Assembly (NCBI GenBank): GCA_902591925.1
Contig: CACJCN010000005.1
Span: 19,212 to 83,211, forward strand
Direction: 5' to 3'
DNA: 64,000 bases
From: an uncultured SAR86 cluster bacterium
GTDB taxonomy: Bacteria; Pseudomonadota; Gammaproteobacteria; Magnimaribacterales; D2472
Shown: positions 56,061 to 64,000 of the stretch, one piece after another
Position numbering within the stretch: position 1 is the stretch's first letter
Layout of the letters: the number at the start of each line of letters is the position of its first letter
Translations under genes and position numbers: made by a program
The notes under the pieces: model-generated
Told to the model about the DNA's origin: nothing
The model's input: the letters and a program-made list of their open reading frames with translations, nothing else
Databases searched by the model: none

Positions 56061-57433
56061 ATTCCAAGTTCCTTCATTTTTTTAGATAAAGTATTTCTTC
56101 CCCAACCTAAGATTTGAGCTGCATCATTTTTTTTACCATTTGATCTCTCCAATGCAGTTTTAATTAACATTTTTTCTATTTTTGTAATAGCTATTTCAGA
56201 AAGTCCAGAATCTATATTCATAGATACATTTTTAAGCCAATTTTGCATTCCGTCTTCCCATGATGAAGTTGGAATATCTGCAACTTCAAATTCTTTCACC
56301 TCGGTGGGCAGATCTTGAGACTTAATATTCTGAGATGGAGACATTAATGTAAGCCAATAACAAACATTTTCAAGTTGACGTACATTTCCAGGCCAATCAT
56401 ATTTATTCATTAAATTCATTGCATCATCTGAAATAACTCTTAAGTCTTCATCAAGTGAATCTGAGTAATTTTTTAGAAAATATTTCGATAAATCTCCTAT
56501 ATCCTCTTTTCTGTCTCTCAGAGGGGGGACTTCTATTTTGATAACATTTAGTCTATAGAAAAGATCCTCTCTGAAGTTTTTCTGAGATACTAGATTATTT
56601 AGATTTTGATGTGTAGCAGCAATTATTCTTACATCAACTTTAATAGGTTTATCACCACCAACTCTATAAAATTCTTTATTTGAAAGCACCCTTAAAAGTC
56701 TTGTTTGAGAATCCAGGGGCATATCTCCTATTTCGTCAAGAAATAATGTTCCTCCATTGGCTTGTTCAAATCTACCTATTCTTTTATCAACTGCTCCTGT
56801 AAAGGAGCCTTTTTCATGTCCAAAAAGTTCAGACTCAACTAATTCTTTTGGTATATCAGCCATATTTAGTGCAATAAAAGGCATATCATTTCTTGGACTA
56901 TTTTTGTGTAATGATTTTGCTATTAATTCTTTTCCAGTGCCAGACTCACCTTGAATCAATACTGTAGCAATTGTTGTAGATAATTTTCCGATTGCTCTAA
57001 AAACATTTTGCATTGCATGAGATTCACCAATTATGTCTAACTTTGTATCTGTTTTTAAGCCTTTTGTTTTGGGCTTTTCTTCAAGTGCTCTATTTATTAT
57101 TTCAGTAGCATCTTCTAGATCAAATGGTTTAGGTAGATATTCAAATGCACCCCCTCCAAAAGAATCTACTGCAGCTTGCATATCAGCAAATGCAGTCATA
57201 ATAATTACAGGAATATCTTCATAATTATTATTAATATGTTTAAGAAGATCATAGCCAAGCATTCCAGGCATTTGGACATCAGTTATAATGAGATCTGGTT
57301 GATTTGAATTAAGTTCTTTTAACAAGTCTTCTCCAGATGAATAACTTTTTGTTTGAAAGCCAGAGCCAGTGAGACTTTCTTCAAGAATAAGCCTTATTGC
57401 TTCATCATCATCTGCGATCCACACTTTATGCAA
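56057..57433 (-). CDS. ntrC: Nitrogen regulation response regulator NtrC (sigma54-dependent activator)
   Basis: Receiver domain (VWIADDD...D.QMPG), AAA+ domain (GESGTGKE, the GAFTGA-type loop EKGSFTGA, and ESELFGHE), and a C-terminal Fis-type HTH. TTG 57433 has an AAGGAG SD 7 nt upstream. The track ORF starts at TTG 57454 without an SD. Confidence 0.9.
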   Translation of the reverse strand: MHKVWIADDDEAIRLILEESLTGSGFQTKSYSSGEDLLKELNSNQPDLIITDVQMPGMLGYDLLKHINNNYEDIPVIIMTAFADMQAAVDSFGGGAFEYLPKPFDLEDATEIINRALEEKPKTKGLKTDTKLDIIGESHAMQNVFRAIGKLSTTIATVLIQGESGTGKELIAKSLHKNSPRNDMPFIALNMADIPKELVESELFGHEKGSFTGAVDKRIGRFEQANGGTLFLDEIGDMPLDSQTRLLRVLSNKEFYRVGGDKPIKVDVRIIAATHQNLNNLVSQKNFREDLFYRLNVIKIEVPPLRDRKEDIGDLSKYFLKNYSDSLDEDLRVISDDAMNLMNKYDWPGNVRQLENVCYWLTLMSPSQNIKSQDLPTEVKEFEVADIPTSSWEDGMQNWLKNVSMNIDSGLSEIAITKIEKMLIKTALERSNGKKNDAAQILGWGRNTLSKKMKELGI

Positions 57434-58505
57434 TTTTAGACTCCTTTTCTCCAACTTTTATTGGAATTTGTATTGAGAAAACAGTTTTTCCTGGATTTGA
57501 TGAGAAAACAATACCGCCACCATGAATTCTAACAATATCTTGTGCAATTGTAAGACCAAGCCCAGAGCCATTTTCTTTTATTGATACCATTGGAAAAAAA
57601 ACTTGATCATGAATTTCATTTGGAATGCCGGGCCCATTATCTTGAATTTCAATTGAGCATACCGTTGGATAAACGGTCCCATTAACCGGCCTACCGTATT
57701 GAATCCTAGATTTAATGGTAATGGATGCATCTTCTGTCTTTTCAATTGCTTGCTGAGCATTTTTAACAATATTTAGAATTGCTTGGACAAAAAGATCTTC
57801 ATCCCCATTAATTTCAGGAATACTTGGATCATAGTCTCTGATAAGTTTAATTTCTTTATTATCGGCTTCTGCTAAAGCATATACTTGCTCTAGTGCAGAG
57901 TGAATATTAAAAAGACTGAGATTTGGTTTTGATGGAGGGGTAAGTATTTTTGTTACGATAGAATTTAATCTATTTGTCTCGTCGATAATAATATTTAAAA
58001 ATTTTGATGAATGCTCATCTTTAAATTTTTTGTTCAAAATTTGAGCACTACCTTTAATGCCTGAAAGGGGATTTTTTACCTCATGGGCTAATGTTCTTGC
58101 AAGATTTGCAGCAATTTTTTGAGTCGAAAATGTTTTTGTCGAATCAATAATTTTATTGAGATTATCCACACATGAAATTTCAATAATTATGCATTCATAA
58201 GAATCACTACATCTTACAGTAAAATCAATCTCACGTTTTTGATTCTTAGATGTTATTAATGGAAAATCTCTTTTAGTTTGAGAGCTTCTTTTTTCTGTTG
58301 ATTTATTTAGCAAATTCATTACAGATGATGCTGTTTCTTCAGAGAGCTGTTTCGAAATATGATTATCTTCAATTTTTGAATTAATGTACCAACCTTTGTT
58401 TAGTGCCGAGTCATTTAACCATATTATTTTGTAATCTTTATCCAAAATAATTATTTCGGTAGTTAGTTGGTTTAGGAAATTTAATTCTGAGCTTTCAATA
58501 TTCAT
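57426..58505 (-). CDS. ntrB: Nitrogen regulation sensor histidine kinase NtrB
   Basis: PAS N-terminus, H-box LAHEVKNPLSGIKGSAQIL, and N/G1/G2 ATPase boxes (D.GPGIP, GSGLGL). Confidence 0.9.
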   Translation of the reverse strand: MNIESSELNFLNQLTTEIIILDKDYKIIWLNDSALNKGWYINSKIEDNHISKQLSEETASSVMNLLNKSTEKRSSQTKRDFPLITSKNQKREIDFTVRCSDSYECIIIEISCVDNLNKIIDSTKTFSTQKIAANLARTLAHEVKNPLSGIKGSAQILNKKFKDEHSSKFLNIIIDETNRLNSIVTKILTPPSKPNLSLFNIHSALEQVYALAEADNKEIKLIRDYDPSIPEINGDEDLFVQAILNIVKNAQQAIEKTEDASITIKSRIQYGRPVNGTVYPTVCSIEIQDNGPGIPNEIHDQVFFPMVSIKENGSGLGLTIAQDIVRIHGGGIVFSSNPGKTVFSIQIPIKVGEKESKIA

Positions 58506-58514
58506 ATTAAATTG

Positions 58515-58541
58515 ACTGCCCCATATAATTAATGAGGCAGT
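58515..58541 (-). terminator. Weak hairpin between the GS gene and ntrB (ACTGCC-N15-GGCAGT)
   Basis: 6-bp GC-containing stem in an otherwise AT-only 50-bp spacer. No clean U-tract, so it could be an attenuator or processing site rather than a terminator. Confidence 0.25.
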
Positions 58542-58555
58542 TAATATTTATTAAA

Positions 58556-59527
58556 TTACTTAGTAAGAGTACCTACAATATGTGACAAAATTTTATATGG
58601 ATCTGCATTTGATGCAGGTCTTCTGTCTTCTAGATATCCATTCCAATCATTTTCAACAGTAGCAACTGGTATTCTTATACTCGCACCCCTGTCGCTAACA
58701 CCATATGAGAACTTTTCAATACTTTGTGTTTCATGAAGACCGGTAAGTCTCATATCGTTATCAGAACCGTAAGAGGCAATACCCTCTTCATGAACTTCGC
58801 CTAACTTATCACAAATTGTTGAATATAATTCCTCACTTCCACCAGTTCGCATCGCCTCATTTGAAAAGTTTGTATGCATTCCTGATCCATTCCAATCACC
58901 AGTTTTTGGTTTTGGATGGATGTTTACACCAACTCCGAATTCTTCAGCTATTTTGTAAAGCATATATCGACTGACCCATAGATCATCAGCAGCTTTAATT
59001 CCTTTGCCAAAACATTGATATTCCCATTGACCAATTGCAACTTCAGCATTAGTTCCTGTTAATTGAATTCCTAAATCTAAGCAAGCCATAAGATGAGCAT
59101 CAGAAACTTCTCTTCCAGAAACATTTCCAGCACCAACCGCACAGTAGTAGGGACCTTGAGGTCCAGGTTCTCCGTTTTCCCATCCTAATGGTTCACCTGT
59201 TTCAGGATCTGTAAAGAAGTACTCTTGCTCAAAACCAAACCACCATTCATCTGTAACAACCTCTGCAGCAGCTGCTCTAAAATTAGATGGATGAGTTGTA
59301 TGATCAGCAGCTTGAACCTGAGTCATAACTAAATCATGACCATTTGGGTTTTCATATGTCTGAACTGGTAAAAGCAAACAGTCAGAACTGCCGCCTTCAG
59401 CTTGTTGTGTAGAGGATCCATCGAAAGACCAATCTGGAGGTGTTTCATCTTTTGTTGCTTTGACCTTGCTTCTCATCGAAGGCTCAGGTTTATAACCATC
59501 AAGCCAAATATATTCATATGTTTTCAT
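58556..59527 (-). CDS. glnII: Glutamine synthetase, type II (eukaryote-like GSII)
   Basis: 323 aa. YIWLDG......RSK, W.FDGSST.QAEG..SDC.L.PV, FGFEQEY, GTNAEVA.GQWE.Q, NGSGMH.NFS, and RGASIRIP...Y.EDRRPASN.DPY. This is the GSII pattern and length, not a 470-aa GSI. Confidence 0.85.
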   Translation of the reverse strand: MKTYEYIWLDGYKPEPSMRSKVKATKDETPPDWSFDGSSTQQAEGGSSDCLLLPVQTYENPNGHDLVMTQVQAADHTTHPSNFRAAAAEVVTDEWWFGFEQEYFFTDPETGEPLGWENGEPGPQGPYYCAVGAGNVSGREVSDAHLMACLDLGIQLTGTNAEVAIGQWEYQCFGKGIKAADDLWVSRYMLYKIAEEFGVGVNIHPKPKTGDWNGSGMHTNFSNEAMRTGGSEELYSTICDKLGEVHEEGIASYGSDNDMRLTGLHETQSIEKFSYGVSDRGASIRIPVATVENDWNGYLEDRRPASNADPYKILSHIVGTLTK

Positions 59528-59618
59528 TTATTTCTCCTACAAATGTAAAATTTAATTTAGATTAAATGTTTTATTAATGCATTAAATTGATATATTTGCA
59601 CTAATATTGATAATATTA

Positions 59619-59635
59619 TGCATTAATTTTGTGCA
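59619..59635. promoter_or_regulatory. NtrC-like dyad TGCA-N9-TGCA upstream of glnII
   Basis: TGCATTAATTTTGTGCA matches the enteric NtrC consensus TGCACCAAAATGGTGCA at about 12 of 17 positions with the same 17-bp geometry. Further TGCA motifs start at 59578 and 59597. Confidence 0.3.
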
Positions 59636-59669
59636 AAAGGAAGTTTTTTGTTCAATTTCAGTTCAAAAA

Positions 59670-60245
59670 TTAGATATCTATGAATTTGGAAATTTTTTCT
59701 AGTTTATTTGCAATAGATTCGTATGAATGGCTTCCACCATATGTTATGTCTATATTTGAGCCTGAAAAGTATTTAGCAGCCTCAACATAATTAAGAACTT
59801 CATCGCCTGATTCTAAAAAGACTAAAGTATTTTTTTGATTATTAAATTTTGCAGTTACAAGAGATCTCAAAAATTTTATATCATTTTTGGTAATAATAAA
59901 TTTTTCTCCAGTCGAATAATTTTCATTTTCACCAAGGTATCCCTCAAAACCTTTCAATGGAGGAATAGCTGGATTAATTAAGATCACTTTTGAATTATTA
60001 ATGCTTCCAAAAAAATTTGCATAGTATCCACCCAAAGAACTTCCCATGAATACAAAATCTTTTTCATTTTCGTCAATGAGTTTTGTTATCTGATTATTTG
60101 CTTCTTTAAAACTATTACTTAGATTTGGAGTAAATATTTTTATTTTTTTAGAAATTTTTGATATATAACTCTTAATAATTTTTGCTTTATCTGAATCTGA
60201 AGAAGAGGCAAATCCATGAAAATATAAAATTGTTTTTAACATCAA
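59670..60245 (-). CDS. yqiA: YqiA-type esterase (alpha/beta hydrolase, UPF0227)
   Basis: ILYFHGFASS N-terminus and the GSSLGGYYA nucleophile elbow. About 190 aa. Follows yqiB as in enterics. Confidence 0.8.
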   Translation of the reverse strand: MMLKTILYFHGFASSSDSDKAKIIKSYISKISKKIKIFTPNLSNSFKEANNQITKLIDENEKDFVFMGSSLGGYYANFFGSINNSKVILINPAIPPLKGFEGYLGENENYSTGEKFIITKNDIKFLRSLVTAKFNNQKNTLVFLESGDEVLNYVEAAKYFSGSNIDITYGGSHSYESIANKLEKISKFIDI

Positions 60246-60664
60246 ATTTTAAATTGAGGATTTATTCCATTTTCAAAAATGTTCTCTAGCCATTCTGTTA
60301 AAAATCTATTTTGTTGTATTTTTTCGTCACGTGATTGCGTTTTAAGAACTTTCATAAAATATGGAACTGCTCTCTCTCCTTGAAAAGATATAACTTCGGC
60401 TAATTTAGCATCTAAAGAAATTTGTATTCTGATAATAAGACTTTCCATCTTTTTTAATTTAATTTTCTGTTTAGCTTCAATTATTAATGTATGTTTTGTT
60501 CTATGAATTACGTTGAAGGATATTGGATTAGATGAAGAGTCATGATTAATTGTTTCAAACAAATATTTATTTACAGAAAAATTTTTTAGAATTTTCTTTA
60601 ACCTTAAAAAGTTAGCTTCGCATACAGCTAACTGATGACTTGTTTTTGGAAGAGATTTAATCAT
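60242..60664 (-). CDS. yqiB: DUF1249 protein (YqiB-like)
   Basis: 140 aa, which I recall matches E. coli YqiB. N-terminal CE.NF.RL..L motif. Synteny with yqiA. Confidence 0.65.
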   Translation of the reverse strand: MIKSLPKTSHQLAVCEANFLRLKKILKNFSVNKYLFETINHDSSSNPISFNVIHRTKHTLIIEAKQKIKLKKMESLIIRIQISLDAKLAEVISFQGERAVPYFMKVLKTQSRDEKIQQNRFLTEWLENIFENGINPQFKI

Positions 60665-60666
60665 TC

Positions 60667-61803
60667 TTAAATTTTATATTCTTTATTAAAAGGTGTATAT
60701 CTCTCACATGCTTTGAGATATCTATTAATTTCAACTTCCTCTTTATCACAAAATTCAATTATGGCATTTCTAAAATCATTCTCTTTTATATAGTGGAATG
60801 AGCTAGTCCTTTTTGGCTCAAATCCTCTTCTTATTTTATGTTCACCCTGAACACCAGGATCAAAGTATTTTATTTTTTTATTAATACAAAATTCTATACC
60901 TTGATAAAAACAGGTTTCAAAATGAAGTGAGTCAATGCTGAAGGAAGATCCCCAATGCCGTCCATATAGGGTGTCATTGCCAATGAAACACAATGATCCA
61001 GCTATTTTTTTATCATCATGCACTGCAAAAAAAATAACAGGCTTAAGAGTTTTTCTAAAATTATGAATTTCTGTAAAGAAATCGATATTTAGATAGGGTC
61101 TTTGTAACCTTTCTTCATATGTATTTTTATAAAATTTAAAAAACTCCTCCCAGTCTTCTAGTGTCAAAGAATCACTTTCTTTTATTTCGAAAGTAATATT
61201 TAAGTCGGATATTTTTTTTCTTTCATTCTTAATATTTTTTCTTTGTCTTGATTTAAAAATACTTAGGTAGTCATAAAATGTCTTATATTCTTTATTTTTC
61301 CATATAAATTTATATCCAAAACGTTCTATAAGTTTATTTTCAAGAAATAATTCTTTTAAATCTCCATCCGGGTAGAGGACATGCCAAGATTCAATATTTT
61401 TTTCTCCCATAAATTCAATTATTTTCTCAACATATTCATTTGCATCTGATTCGGTGATAATTTTTCTAGTCTCACATGGGGTAAAGGGTATAGCAGTAAG
61501 TAATTTAGGGTAATAATTTCTTCCAGCTCTATTTAATGCATATGACCATGAGTGATCAAAAACAAACTCACCATGACTATTATTTTTTATGTACATTGGC
61601 AAGAAACCACTTAAAACATTTTCATTTGATTTCACTAGATGTTTGGGAGTCCAACCTAAATCTCTTCCAACACATCCTGAATTTTCAAGTGCCTTTAAAA
61701 AAGAATATTGGATAAAAGGAGCATCATTCTTTCGTATTAATTTACTAAACTGAGCTTCATCAATTGAATCAAAATTATCAACAAAATTTAAATCAGTACT
61801 CAT
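60667..61803 (-). CDS. DUF482 / FemAB-like GNAT-fold protein
   Basis: 378 aa. N-terminal PF..Y.FL.ALE.SG.VG...GW.P.HL, C-terminal L.GR.WG and GA.GEHK..RGF.P motifs, recalled as PF04339. Confidence 0.65.
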   Translation of the reverse strand: MSTDLNFVDNFDSIDEAQFSKLIRKNDAPFIQYSFLKALENSGCVGRDLGWTPKHLVKSNENVLSGFLPMYIKNNSHGEFVFDHSWSYALNRAGRNYYPKLLTAIPFTPCETRKIITESDANEYVEKIIEFMGEKNIESWHVLYPDGDLKELFLENKLIERFGYKFIWKNKEYKTFYDYLSIFKSRQRKNIKNERKKISDLNITFEIKESDSLTLEDWEEFFKFYKNTYEERLQRPYLNIDFFTEIHNFRKTLKPVIFFAVHDDKKIAGSLCFIGNDTLYGRHWGSSFSIDSLHFETCFYQGIEFCINKKIKYFDPGVQGEHKIRRGFEPKRTSSFHYIKENDFRNAIIEFCDKEEVEINRYLKACERYTPFNKEYKI

Positions 61804-62658
61804 TTAAGCCAAGTAAATTATTTCAAATGTAAAACTAGCAAGAGCCACAATGCCAACCCAATTATTAATTTTAAATGCTTCGATATAGTTCTCTTCTTTG
61901 ATAATTTTTGATTGACGAAAAAAAAGATATATGAGTATTAAAAAGAACAAGAAAAAAAGGTATGAAAAACTATTAATTAATCCTACAGTTAAAAGACACA
62001 TGTAAAAGAATATATGAAGTATTTTCGAATATATTATTGAATTATTGCCCCATAAAATTGCTGTAGAATTTACTCCTATCTGTTCGTCATCATATTTATC
62101 TTCCATAGCGTAATAGGTGTCAAAACTTATTATCCATGCAATTATTCCAGAATATAAAATCGCTAATGACACAGAGAAGATATTCGATTCTAGTGAATAA
62201 GCAATAATTGAACCAGATCCAAATGTAATTCCAAGAATGAACTGTGGCGCAATAAAGAATCTTTTTGTAAGAGGGTACAAAATTATTAAAAAAGCAAAAA
62301 ATATAGAGATCTTTATAGTAAGAGAATTTGTTTCAAATAAAAGCAACAATGACATAACGCTTAAGGCCAGGAAAAATAACCACGCTTCAATTAAAGAAAT
62401 TGAACCCAATGCGAGAGGCCTGTTTAAAGTTCTTTTTACAAGCTTATCTATCCTATAGTCACTGATATCATTAATTACACAGCCACAAGATCGAACTAAG
62501 ATAGAGCCAAAGATTACTATTAAAAAGTTTTTAAACTCAAGATCAGAATTTATTCCTGCTAAAACGTACCCTAATAAAGATGGCCAAAGTAGGAGATATA
62601 TCCCTATCGGCTTATCAAGTCTTGCAATCTCTATAAAAGAGTAAATTTTATTTTTCAT
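61804..62658 (-). CDS. ubiA: 4-hydroxybenzoate polyprenyltransferase
   Basis: R.DKPIG..LL.WP and NDISDYRIDK.V.RT..RPLA motifs. 284 aa polytopic. Confidence 0.9.
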   Translation of the reverse strand: MKNKIYSFIEIARLDKPIGIYLLLWPSLLGYVLAGINSDLEFKNFLIVIFGSILVRSCGCVINDISDYRIDKLVKRTLNRPLALGSISLIEAWLFFLALSVMSLLLLFETNSLTIKISIFFAFLIILYPLTKRFFIAPQFILGITFGSGSIIAYSLESNIFSVSLAILYSGIIAWIISFDTYYAMEDKYDDEQIGVNSTAILWGNNSIIYSKILHIFFYMCLLTVGLINSFSYLFFLFFLILIYLFFRQSKIIKEENYIEAFKINNWVGIVALASFTFEIIYLA

Positions 62659-63146
62659 TCATCTATTAAAAAAATTTCCATGACTGAAAAGGGAAGACTC
62701 CTAACTAGGTACTTTGTTTTCCTACCCCAAAATATGCTAATTTCATTTGAGAAAGTAGAATACACAACTTCAATCTTTTTAAAAATATTTTTTTCAAATA
62801 AGATGTCTCCCAAAGGTTTGGTTCCTAGACTTCCTAGTTTAGAAAATCCATTTTCAATCGTATTAACGGGTATAAGTGATTTAGCGTAAACTTTGGGAAT
62901 TTTATTGCCTAATAAGATAACCTCTCTTACCTTGATATCTCCTACTTCATTATCTAAATACTTTTTATCAATTTCATCAACTTTATCAATTTCGTCACGT
63001 ATTAGACTTAACTCGAAATCTTCATTTGCAGAAATCCTTTTTGTAATTGGACCATTCTCAGTTAGCCAAGACTTTACGGAATCATTTTTGACTTTATTCA
63101 ACATCTCTTTATAAGTTATCCAAGAAGATTTTTGCTTTAGCTTCAT
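62655..63146 (-). CDS. ubiC: Chorismate pyruvate-lyase
   Basis: 163 aa. Immediately upstream of ubiA and overlapping it by ATGA. REV.L and PLG..LF motifs. The call relies partly on context. Confidence 0.7.
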   Translation of the reverse strand: MKLKQKSSWITYKEMLNKVKNDSVKSWLTENGPITKRISANEDFELSLIRDEIDKVDEIDKKYLDNEVGDIKVREVILLGNKIPKVYAKSLIPVNTIENGFSKLGSLGTKPLGDILFEKNIFKKIEVVYSTFSNEISIFWGRKTKYLVRSLPFSVMEIFLIDE

Positions 63147-63216
63147 TAATTTAATGGTTAAATCTGATATTATAGCCTCCTTGTTATAAACGAAATAACT
63201 TAATTTTTAGCACTTT

Positions 63217-63390
63217 ATGAAATATAAAAAATGGGAATGTATTGTCTGCGGACTAATATATGATGAAGAATTAGGTTGGCCAGATGACGGAATTGAGCCA
63301 GGAACAGCATGGGAAGATGTTCCCGAAGATTGGTTATGTCCAGAGTGTGGTGTCGGTAAAGAAGATTTTGATATGATAGAGATAACATGA
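63217..63390 (+). CDS. rubA: Rubredoxin
   Basis: 57 aa, not in the ORF track: [57 protein letters not shown]. It has both CxxCG knuckles and the conserved WEDVPEDW core. Confidence 0.92.
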   Translation: MKYKKWECIVCGLIYDEELGWPDDGIEPGTAWEDVPEDWLCPECGVGKEDFDMIEIT

Positions 63391-64000
63391 GTCAATTAGA
63401 CCCTCCAAAAAATCTAACAAGAAATGTTTTGGTGGGCATGTTCTCAGGTGTACTTTTAGCTTCTGTATTCTTTTATTTTCAAGACTCAATTTCTCAATCA
63501 GTTTTTCTAGGAATAGAAAAATATCTTTTTAATTTGGGCGGACAAATTTTCAAGAACCTCCTCTTGTTAATAGTAGTTCCTCTAGTTTTCTTTTCTCTAG
63601 TTTCTGGCATTTCTTCTTTATCAAATATGGTTAAGCTTGGATCAATAGCCTCAAAAACCGTGCTGCTTTATTTATTAACTACCGCTTTTGCTGTTGTGAT
63701 AGCAATATTTTTTGGATGGGTTTTTAACATTTCTGGTTATGAAGGTGAAGTTACATCATTTAACGCGCCCTCAGGCGAGGCCAGTTTATATGATACTGTT
63801 TTAAAAGTTTTTCCTAATAATATTTTTGGAGCTTTTGTTGAAAATAATATGTTGGGAATTGTTTTCATAAGTATTTTGTTTGGCATCGCCCTAAATCTTA
63901 CTGACAACCTTACTGATAACCTTTCTAAGAATTTTGAAAGATTAAATATAGTTTTTATGAAGATAGTTTTAATCATCATGAGTTTTGCGCCTCTTGGTGT
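63387..64000 (+). CDS. Dicarboxylate/amino acid:cation symporter (DAACS/GltP-DctA family), 3'-truncated by the window edge
   Basis: ATG 63387 overlaps the rubredoxin TGA (ATGA). [21 protein letters not shown] and [17 protein letters not shown] are typical DAACS TM1-3 blocks. Open to the end of the window. Confidence 0.8.
   Translation, partial: MSQLDPPKNLTRNVLVGMFSGVLLASVFFYFQDSISQSVFLGIEKYLFNLGGQIFKNLLLLIVVPLVFFSLVSGISSLSNMVKLGSIASKTVLLYLLTTAFAVVIAIFFGWVFNISGYEGEVTSFNAPSGEASLYDTVLKVFPNNIFGAFVENNMLGIVFISILFGIALNLTDNLTDNLSKNFERLNIVFMKIVLIIMSFAPLG

Noticed and set aside
59528-59669. Sigma54 (-24 GG / -12 GC) promoter upstream of the GS gene
   Set aside because: The coding strand of the whole gap has no GG apart from the Shine-Dalgarno GGAG. 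The closest look-alike, TTGCAC-N7-ATGCA, has the wrong spacing and lacks GG.
63207-63395. 62-aa minus-strand ORF from the track
   Set aside because: It is the antisense shadow of a textbook rubredoxin gene on the plus strand (63217-63390). It is low-complexity and Ser/Pro-rich, with no recognisable motif.
63737-63979. 80-aa minus-strand ORF from the track
   Set aside because: It lies antisense inside the plus-strand DAACS transporter gene, which has clear family motifs and is open to the window end.
1-64000. CRISPR arrays, IS elements or transposases, prophage genes, toxin-antitoxin pairs, known defence systems, rRNA
   Set aside because: I found no repeat-spacer periodicity, no terminal inverted repeats flanking a transposase-like ORF, and no recognisable defence or mobility domains in any ORF. 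The only RNA gene found is tRNA-Phe.

Overview
This is an AT-rich, extremely gene-dense chromosomal segment. Hand spot-counts give roughly 18-32% GC in most genes, but 37-48% in a few. I call about 81 CDS and one tRNA-Phe in 64 kb. Most intergenic gaps are under 60 bp, and many neighbouring genes share ATGA or TAATG start/stop overlaps. I saw no rRNA, CRISPR array, transposase, integrase, prophage gene or recognisable defence gene.

Several synteny blocks are typical of Gammaproteobacteria: yggS-proC-yggT-metX-metW-rdgB, rppH...lgt-thyA, mutY-yggX, yqiB-yqiA, ubiC-ubiA and a GS-ntrB-ntrC operon. Together with the streamlining, this suggests a small-genome marine gammaproteobacterium. SAR86-like is only a guess.

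The content is mostly housekeeping: uvrD, lipB/lipA, rpoH, trmB, argS, efp, folA/thyA/lgt, mutY, gpmA, aroK and ubiCA. The rest is nutrient-scavenging and osmolyte or methylamine-type catabolism:
- a TonB2-type six-gene energy-transduction cluster
- a split TRAP transporter
- a periplasmic phosphatase trio
- a dimethylglycine/sarcosine-dehydrogenase-like enzyme
- a DUF3445 / ALDH7 / saccharopine-dehydrogenase-family cluster

I did not find a clear-cut new system such as a defence island or mobile element. The observations most worth follow-up are:
- All 10 convergent gene pairs share overlapping stop codons, so there is no room for intergenic terminators.
- A eukaryote-like type II glutamine synthetase sits in the glnA slot upstream of ntrBC, is GC-rich, and has no sigma54 -24/-12 element in its upstream gap.
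- The DUF3445-ALDH7-SDH cluster has an adjacent TMEM164/YwaF-like plus PlsC-like membrane pair.
- A rubredoxin gene missed by the ORF track is ATGA-coupled to a DAACS transporter and lies divergent from ubiCA.
- Two further sub-60-codon ORFs are translationally coupled to their neighbours.
- A repeat array lies in a divergent promoter between unknown small genes.

All family calls come from motif recognition by eye. No database search was run.
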